Shown piece by piece: positions 58,944-64,000 of a stretch of 64,000 nucleotides of DNA. How positions within the stretch are numbered: position 1 is the first letter of the stretch; every line of letters starts with the position of its first letter. Source of the stretch: Pirellulales bacterium. GTDB taxonomy: Bacteria > Planctomycetota > Planctomycetia > Pirellulales > PALSA-1355. The stretch covers positions 896,001-960,000 of the forward strand of contig CAVTBU010000005.1 in NCBI GenBank assembly GCA_963733035.1. The letters run 5' to 3'. The translations under genes and the position numbers were made by a program. Below the pieces are notes generated by a model. It saw only the letters and a list, made by a program, of their open reading frames with translations, ran no database searches and was not told the DNA's origin.

Positions 58944-59513
58944 TTACAAGGGGCGACGCGGCAGCTCACGCCGATAGGGTGGCTCTTCTGCGGGTGGCAG
59001 CGAATCGCCAAAATCGTCGGCCCAGGCCAGACGCTCTGACTCGCTGGCATAATACCGGAGCCAGACGGTCGGATCGCCCCCCATGTCCGCACAATCCCAG
59101 TGTAGATAGTTGTTCAACGAGTCGATCTTCTTCTCGCAACACGGCAGGATGTCTCGGTAGATCAGGCAGTACAGTTCCCGGTCCGACAAGTGGTCGGTGA
59201 AATCAAGCACGATTCGCCGATCATGCAACTTGTGAATCGTATCCCACAACAGATCACGAAGCTGCCCATTATCCAACGTGTCGGGGTGAGGCAGCCGCAA
59301 CTCGGGCTCGAACCATTGCGCGATGGGCAGAATCGGCGCCCGCTCCCAAGCCAGCATGGAGGCCAGGAATTCATTCTCCATGGGAGTCGGCAGTTCTTCG
59401 ACGTTGACGCTTCGGATCGATTCGTCGAAGTAGGGTTCGAGCTCGTTGCGCAACTCCGCGTTACGCAACAGATGTTCGACCTCATCGGGTAGCGGCTTGT
59501 GATTCGTGGACAT
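58944..59513 (-). CDS. Hypothetical acidic protein
   Basis: 189-aa ORF with protein-like composition (TDHLSDRELY, WLRYYA); function not recognised. Confidence 0.7.
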   Translation of the reverse strand: MSTNHKPLPDEVEHLLRNAELRNELEPYFDESIRSVNVEELPTPMENEFLASMLAWERAPILPIAQWFEPELRLPHPDTLDNGQLRDLLWDTIHKLHDRRIVLDFTDHLSDRELYCLIYRDILPCCEKKIDSLNNYLHWDCADMGGDPTVWLRYYASESERLAWADDFGDSLPPAEEPPYRRELPRRPL

Positions 59514-59761
59514 CGCGATTGGTCAGCCTTGGAGCAATTACTGGAAGTTCGGCAAAGCGGCAGGAAGCAGAGAGCGATTCGACAAACGGGGTGTGAATTC
59601 CGTGACAGACTGGAGCCTGATGTCGTGCGATCATAGTCGTGTCGAAGCCGTAAATAACAGCTCCAGCTTTTGACTCTAACAACAAACAACGGGCGATCAA
59701 GTATAATCACGCCAACATCTTGAGCCCCGAGACACTCGCCCACTACAAGATCGTTAAAGAC

Positions 59762-62725
59762 ATGAATCTCAAGCCGGCACAATCCGCACAACTGTTAAAC
59801 TCCCTCAAAAGACGCCTGGCTTGCGAAGTGCATCTCGACGAGTACACGCGGGCTCTCTACAGCACCGATGCCAGCGTTTATCAGATCATGCCCGTCGGCG
59901 TCGTCCTGCCGCGAACATGCGACGACGTCGTCTGCGTACATCAGGTGGCGGCCGAGGAAGGTCTGGCTGTTATTCCACGCGGCGGGGGAACGAGTCTGTC
60001 CGGTCAATCAATCGGTGCGGGGCTGATTATCGACTTCAGCAAATACATGCGAAGCATCGAGATCGACCCGGTGTCGCAGACGGCGCGTGTTCAGCCGGGC
60101 GTCGTGCTCGATCAACTCAACGCCGCGGCCGCGCAACACGCCCTGCAATTCGGTCCCGATGTGGCAACGAGTAGCCGAGCGAACATTGGCGGCATGCTGG
60201 GCAATAATTCGGCGGGGGCACGTTCGATTTGGCAGGGCAAGGCCGTCGATAGTGCAATCGCGCTTGAGATGGTGCTTTCCGATGGCACCCGGACGACTTT
60301 CGGGCCCCGTACATCCGATGAACTTCGACTGGACCAATCACGTGGAGACCTAGTCGGCCAGGCGACGCGTGAGGTCAGGCGAATCATTGCGGAAAACCAC
60401 GAGGAGATCAAACGCCGGTTTCCTAGAATCCTGCGGCGCGTCAGTGGTTACAATCTCGACGAATTCGTGCCCGAATGCCAGGCTCGTATTGCGGTTCCAC
60501 GGCTGATTGCTGGTGCCCGAGAACGGGAAGCCTCCATGTACCCGGGCGCCAGCTTCAACTTGGCGAAGTTGATCGTCGGTGCCGAAGGGACGCTCGGCAC
60601 GATCGCCGAAGCGCTCGTACACTTGCTGCCACTACCCAAGGTGCGATGCGTGCTTGTGCTGCATTTCGAAACGATGCAGTCGGCGGTGGCATCGATCGGA
60701 GCGATCCTGTCGTGCGAACCATCTGCCGCCGAACTCCTCGATGGCCTAATCGTTCGCCTGGCGCGACAGAGTCTGGAGTACCGCAATTATCTCGACTTTG
60801 TCGTCGGTGAACCGGAATCTCTCGTACTGGTGGAGTTCAATGGTCAAGATCCGGCTGAGGTACAGCGCAAAGCCGATGAGCTCGTTGAGGCCTTACGCGG
60901 TCAGCCCGGTCTTTTTCACGTCCTACCCGCCATGGGCAAAGAGCTCTGCGACCATGTGTGGGCCTGTCGCAAGGCAGCGTTGCCACTACTCATGGGACTT
61001 CCAGGCGTTCGCAAGCCGGTGGCATTTGTGGAGGACGGTGCCGTCGCTCCCGAGCACTTGTCGGCGTTTGTCGAGCGGTTCTGCGAAATCATGGCTCGGC
61101 ACGATACAGAAGGTGCCTTTTATGGCCACGCGTCGGTTGGCTGCCTGCACATTCGGCCGATGCTTGACCTGCGTACTCCACTCGACATTGAACGGATGCG
61201 GAAGATTTCCGGCGAAGTCTGCAACCTCGTTCTAGAATTCGGTGGCGCCATGAGCGGCGAACATGGCGATGGATTGGCGCGCAGCTATTTGAACGAGCGT
61301 CTCTTTGGACCAACGGTTTATCACGCATTCGAGCAAGTCAAAACGGCATTTGATCCCGAGCACCGGCTGAATCCCGGCAAGGTGGTCAGGGGCCCCAGTC
61401 CAGTCGAGAACCTGCGATTCGGTGTTGGCTACCAGACGCCTGACGTGCCCACCACGTTCGATTTTTCGCGCGAAGGGGGCTTTGCTCGCGCCGTCGAACT
61501 CTGCAACGGTGCGGGAGTTTGCCGCAAGTTGCAAACGGGCACAATGTGTCCCTCCTTCATGGTCACTCGCGACGAAGAACACAGCACTCGCGGACGGGCC
61601 AACGCACTGCGGATGGTTCTTTCAGGAGCGCTGCCACCCGAGGAGCTGACCGGCGACCGCCTGTTCGCCACCTATGACTTGTGTTTGCAGTGCAAGGGGT
61701 GCAAGGCGGAGTGCCCTTCGAACGTGGACGTGGCCAAGCTGAAGATGGAATTCCTCGATGGCTACTACCGGAAGAACGGAGCGCCAGTTGGCGTCCGGTT
61801 GTTGGCGAATGCGGCCCGCTTGAACAAACTTGGTTCTGCAATCGCGCCAGTCTCAAACTGGGCGACCTCGCTGCCCGGCGCTGGCTTGCTCGCCAAGCAC
61901 TTGCTAGGCGTTGACCCGCGGCGTCCCCTGCCGCACTTTGAACGCAATCATTTTCGCAAGTGGTTTCGCCGTAGCCGCCGCGCCGCCGCAAGTCCGTCCA
62001 GGTCCCGATCCAGTGCACCCAGCGGCCCGATTGTGCTCTTGGACGACTGCTTAACCAGCTACTGCGAACCGGAAGTGAATCGATCGGCCGTCGCTGTCTT
62101 GGAGGCCGCGGGCTTTGAGGTGACTTTGGCCGGGCTCGAGTGCTGTGGTCGCACCTGGGCTTCGAAGGGGTTGCTGGCGAAGGCTCGACAACTTGCGGAA
62201 GACAACATTGCGAGGCTGCTTCCCTGGGCAGAGGAAGGCATACCGATCGTCGGATGCGAACCCAGTTGCCTGTTCATGCTGGTTGATGAATACCCCGACT
62301 TGGTACCTGGAAAAGATGCCGAATTGGTAGCGGCACAAGCTGCCCTGGTTGACACGCTACTTGTGGAACGCCAAATCGTCTTGCCGCTAACGTCGCAACC
62401 ACAAGACATTTTGCTTCACGGTCATTGCCACCAAAAAGCCCTCGTCGGAACCGCGGATTCAGAGGCGGCCCTGGCCAGTATTCCGGGTGCCAAGGTGACG
62501 CCCGTCGATTCAGGCTGCTGCGGCATGGCGGGCTCGTTCGGCTACGAACACTACGATGTCAGCATGTCCATCGCAGAACGTGTGTTGCTGCCGGCAATTC
62601 GACAAGCGAATGACAGCACCATCGCTGCCCCGGGTTTCTCCTGTCGCCACCAGATCCATCACGGCACCGGCCGCTGGGCCAAACACCCTGTGCAGATCCT
62701 GGCAGAATGTCTTTCCGAGCGATGA
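59762..62725 (+). CDS. FAD-linked oxidase with 4Fe-4S and CCG domains (YdiJ / GlcD-GlcF fusion type)
   Basis: YSTDAS.YQ, PRGGGTSLSGQ, GAEGTLG, SGEHGDG, CNGAGVC, CLQCKGCKAECP, CCG repeats. Confidence 0.92.
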   Translation: MNLKPAQSAQLLNSLKRRLACEVHLDEYTRALYSTDASVYQIMPVGVVLPRTCDDVVCVHQVAAEEGLAVIPRGGGTSLSGQSIGAGLIIDFSKYMRSIEIDPVSQTARVQPGVVLDQLNAAAAQHALQFGPDVATSSRANIGGMLGNNSAGARSIWQGKAVDSAIALEMVLSDGTRTTFGPRTSDELRLDQSRGDLVGQATREVRRIIAENHEEIKRRFPRILRRVSGYNLDEFVPECQARIAVPRLIAGAREREASMYPGASFNLAKLIVGAEGTLGTIAEALVHLLPLPKVRCVLVLHFETMQSAVASIGAILSCEPSAAELLDGLIVRLARQSLEYRNYLDFVVGEPESLVLVEFNGQDPAEVQRKADELVEALRGQPGLFHVLPAMGKELCDHVWACRKAALPLLMGLPGVRKPVAFVEDGAVAPEHLSAFVERFCEIMARHDTEGAFYGHASVGCLHIRPMLDLRTPLDIERMRKISGEVCNLVLEFGGAMSGEHGDGLARSYLNERLFGPTVYHAFEQVKTAFDPEHRLNPGKVVRGPSPVENLRFGVGYQTPDVPTTFDFSREGGFARAVELCNGAGVCRKLQTGTMCPSFMVTRDEEHSTRGRANALRMVLSGALPPEELTGDRLFATYDLCLQCKGCKAECPSNVDVAKLKMEFLDGYYRKNGAPVGVRLLANAARLNKLGSAIAPVSNWATSLPGAGLLAKHLLGVDPRRPLPHFERNHFRKWFRRSRRAAASPSRSRSSAPSGPIVLLDDCLTSYCEPEVNRSAVAVLEAAGFEVTLAGLECCGRTWASKGLLAKARQLAEDNIARLLPWAEEGIPIVGCEPSCLFMLVDEYPDLVPGKDAELVAAQAALVDTLLVERQIVLPLTSQPQDILLHGHCHQKALVGTADSEAALASIPGAKVTPVDSGCCGMAGSFGYEHYDVSMSIAERVLLPAIRQANDSTIAAPGFSCRHQIHHGTGRWAKHPVQILAECLSER

Positions 62726-62736
62726 GATCAGAGGCC

Positions 62737-63189
62737 TTACGGTGCCGGATACTTCCGTTCAATCTCGGCGATCTTGTCGACGCGGCGGGCATGTCGGCCA
62801 CCTTCAAAGCCGGTCTTAAGCCAGATTTCCACCATCCGATCGATCAGTCGTTCACCGAGCATGTCGGCTGACAGACAGAGCACGTTGAGGTCATTGTGCC
62901 GACGGCTCATTTCCGCCGTCAGGTCGTCGTGGCAGGGAGCCGCACGCACGCCGGGAAACTTGTTTGCGGCAATGCACATCCCGATGCCCGTGCCGCATAT
63001 CAAGATACCGCGGTCGACCGAACCATCGCTCACCTTGCTGCCCACAACCTGCGCGATGTCTGGATAGTCGACGCTCTCAGGCGAATCTGGCCCCACGTCG
63101 ACAACCTCTTGCTGGAGGCGATTGAGTAACTCGATGACTTTGCTCTTGATGACAAAGCCTCGATGATCACTGCCGACGGCGATTCGCAT
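62737..63189 (-). CDS. rpiB: Ribose-5-phosphate isomerase B
   Basis: GSDHRG, DYPD, CGTGIGM..AANK, HNDLNVL, FEGGRHARR. Confidence 0.95.
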   Translation of the reverse strand: MRIAVGSDHRGFVIKSKVIELLNRLQQEVVDVGPDSPESVDYPDIAQVVGSKVSDGSVDRGILICGTGIGMCIAANKFPGVRAAPCHDDLTAEMSRRHNDLNVLCLSADMLGERLIDRMVEIWLKTGFEGGRHARRVDKIAEIERKYPAP

Positions 63190-63277
63190 TGGATGTTTTC
63201 TCCGCGAACAAACACGCGGTCCGCCTCGTTTTAACGGCGGTCCCACGGGAACTCTCTCTGTTCCAAATTCTATCTTA

Positions 63278-64000
63278 CTAAAGTTCCAATTCCGCCACGC
63301 GCTGTTCCAGTTCCGCCTTAATCTGCTGGGCACACTGTTCGTAATACTCAATCGGCCCGCCTATTGGATCAGCAATATCGGACTGGTTTTGCGTGAGCAC
63401 AATGGTCCGCGGCAAAGCCTCCGGCCACTGCGCGGCGATCGCCTGCCGATGCGACCGCGTCATCGTCCAAATGATATCGGCATGTCGCACCAGTTGTGCC
63501 GTTAGGGGTTGAGACTCGTGGTCTGCCAATTGCAGCCCCATTTTCGACATGACGCTTACCGCTTCCGGACTGGGTCGCCCACCCATCATGGCCGACAGGC
63601 CCGCCGACATCACCATCACTCCTCGATCGCCGAGTTCGGACGCCTTACAACCCAACTTCTCGGCAATCATCTTCCGGCACATGACCTCGGCCATTGGGCT
63701 GCGACACGTGTTGCCGGTACAAACCAGCAGGATGAGCAGGCTCGACAATCGCCGTAGGGTCTGCTGCGGCACCACGCCTGGACGCAGTACTTCGAAACCC
63801 TTGTCTCCGACTTTGACTACTGTTGACGGCTGACCAAGCCGGCTCTGGCCATCGTCCAGCACTAATTGCACCGCATCGCCCAGTGAGGTTACAACCTCTT
63901 CAGCCGTAATCGGATCCGGGCCGCCAGTCGGGTTAGCGCTAGTCAGCACAATTGGCCCGACGAGCATCCGCAGAATATCGAGCACCATTTGGTGGGCCGG
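63278..64000 (-). CDS. TsaC/Sua5-like domain fused to a low-molecular-weight protein (arginine) phosphatase; 5' end outside the window
   Basis: LTSANPTG and PSTVV (YrdC/TsaC C-terminal motifs) in frame with VCTGNTCRSPMAE and DIADPIGG. Confidence 0.88.
   Translation of the reverse strand, partial: PAHQMVLDILRMLVGPIVLTSANPTGGPDPITAEEVVTSLGDAVQLVLDDGQSRLGQPSTVVKVGDKGFEVLRPGVVPQQTLRRLSSLLILLVCTGNTCRSPMAEVMCRKMIAEKLGCKASELGDRGVMVMSAGLSAMMGGRPSPEAVSVMSKMGLQLADHESQPLTAQLVRHADIIWTMTRSHRQAIAAQWPEALPRTIVLTQNQSDIADPIGGPIEYYEQCAQQIKAELEQRVAELEL

Overview
64 kb of a high-GC Planctomycetota (Pirellulales-like) chromosome. The assignment rests on lineage hallmarks: a DUF1559 prepilin-like protein, a giant surface protein with the LEPLEERxLMA planctomycete export motif, a PQQ-like beta-propeller, an ECF sigma/Ser-Thr kinase-WD40 pair and an FlgI-HEAT lipoprotein. 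Most of the window is housekeeping: UvrD/PcrA helicase, two tatA-family genes, tRNA-Val(CAC), cstA, membrane PPase, smc, yidD, rnpA, DnaJ-class chaperone, split nadE, aspS, miaA, hisE-hisG, pcp, cbiET, an RluA-family synthase, rpiB and a TsaC-phosphatase fusion. An accessory-looking stretch (about 5.6-21 kb) follows the tRNA and holds an IS256 remnant and a decayed PEP-CTERM fragment. No CRISPR array, rRNA, prophage or integrase was seen. Main observations: (1) all five reading-frame lesions, including one in essential aspS, sit at an actual or inferred CGCG, suggesting methylation-linked sequencing errors; (2) a Pho-box-like 11/22-bp periodic repeat lies upstream of the DUF1559 + giant adhesin pair; (3) a structured leader of about 400 nt precedes a PPase with the dual Na+,H+ signature; (4) a PqqD/RRE-like domain is fused to a Memo-family protein; (5) a YwlE-type arginine phosphatase is fused to a TsaC-like domain. 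All family calls come from motif recognition by eye, with no database searches.
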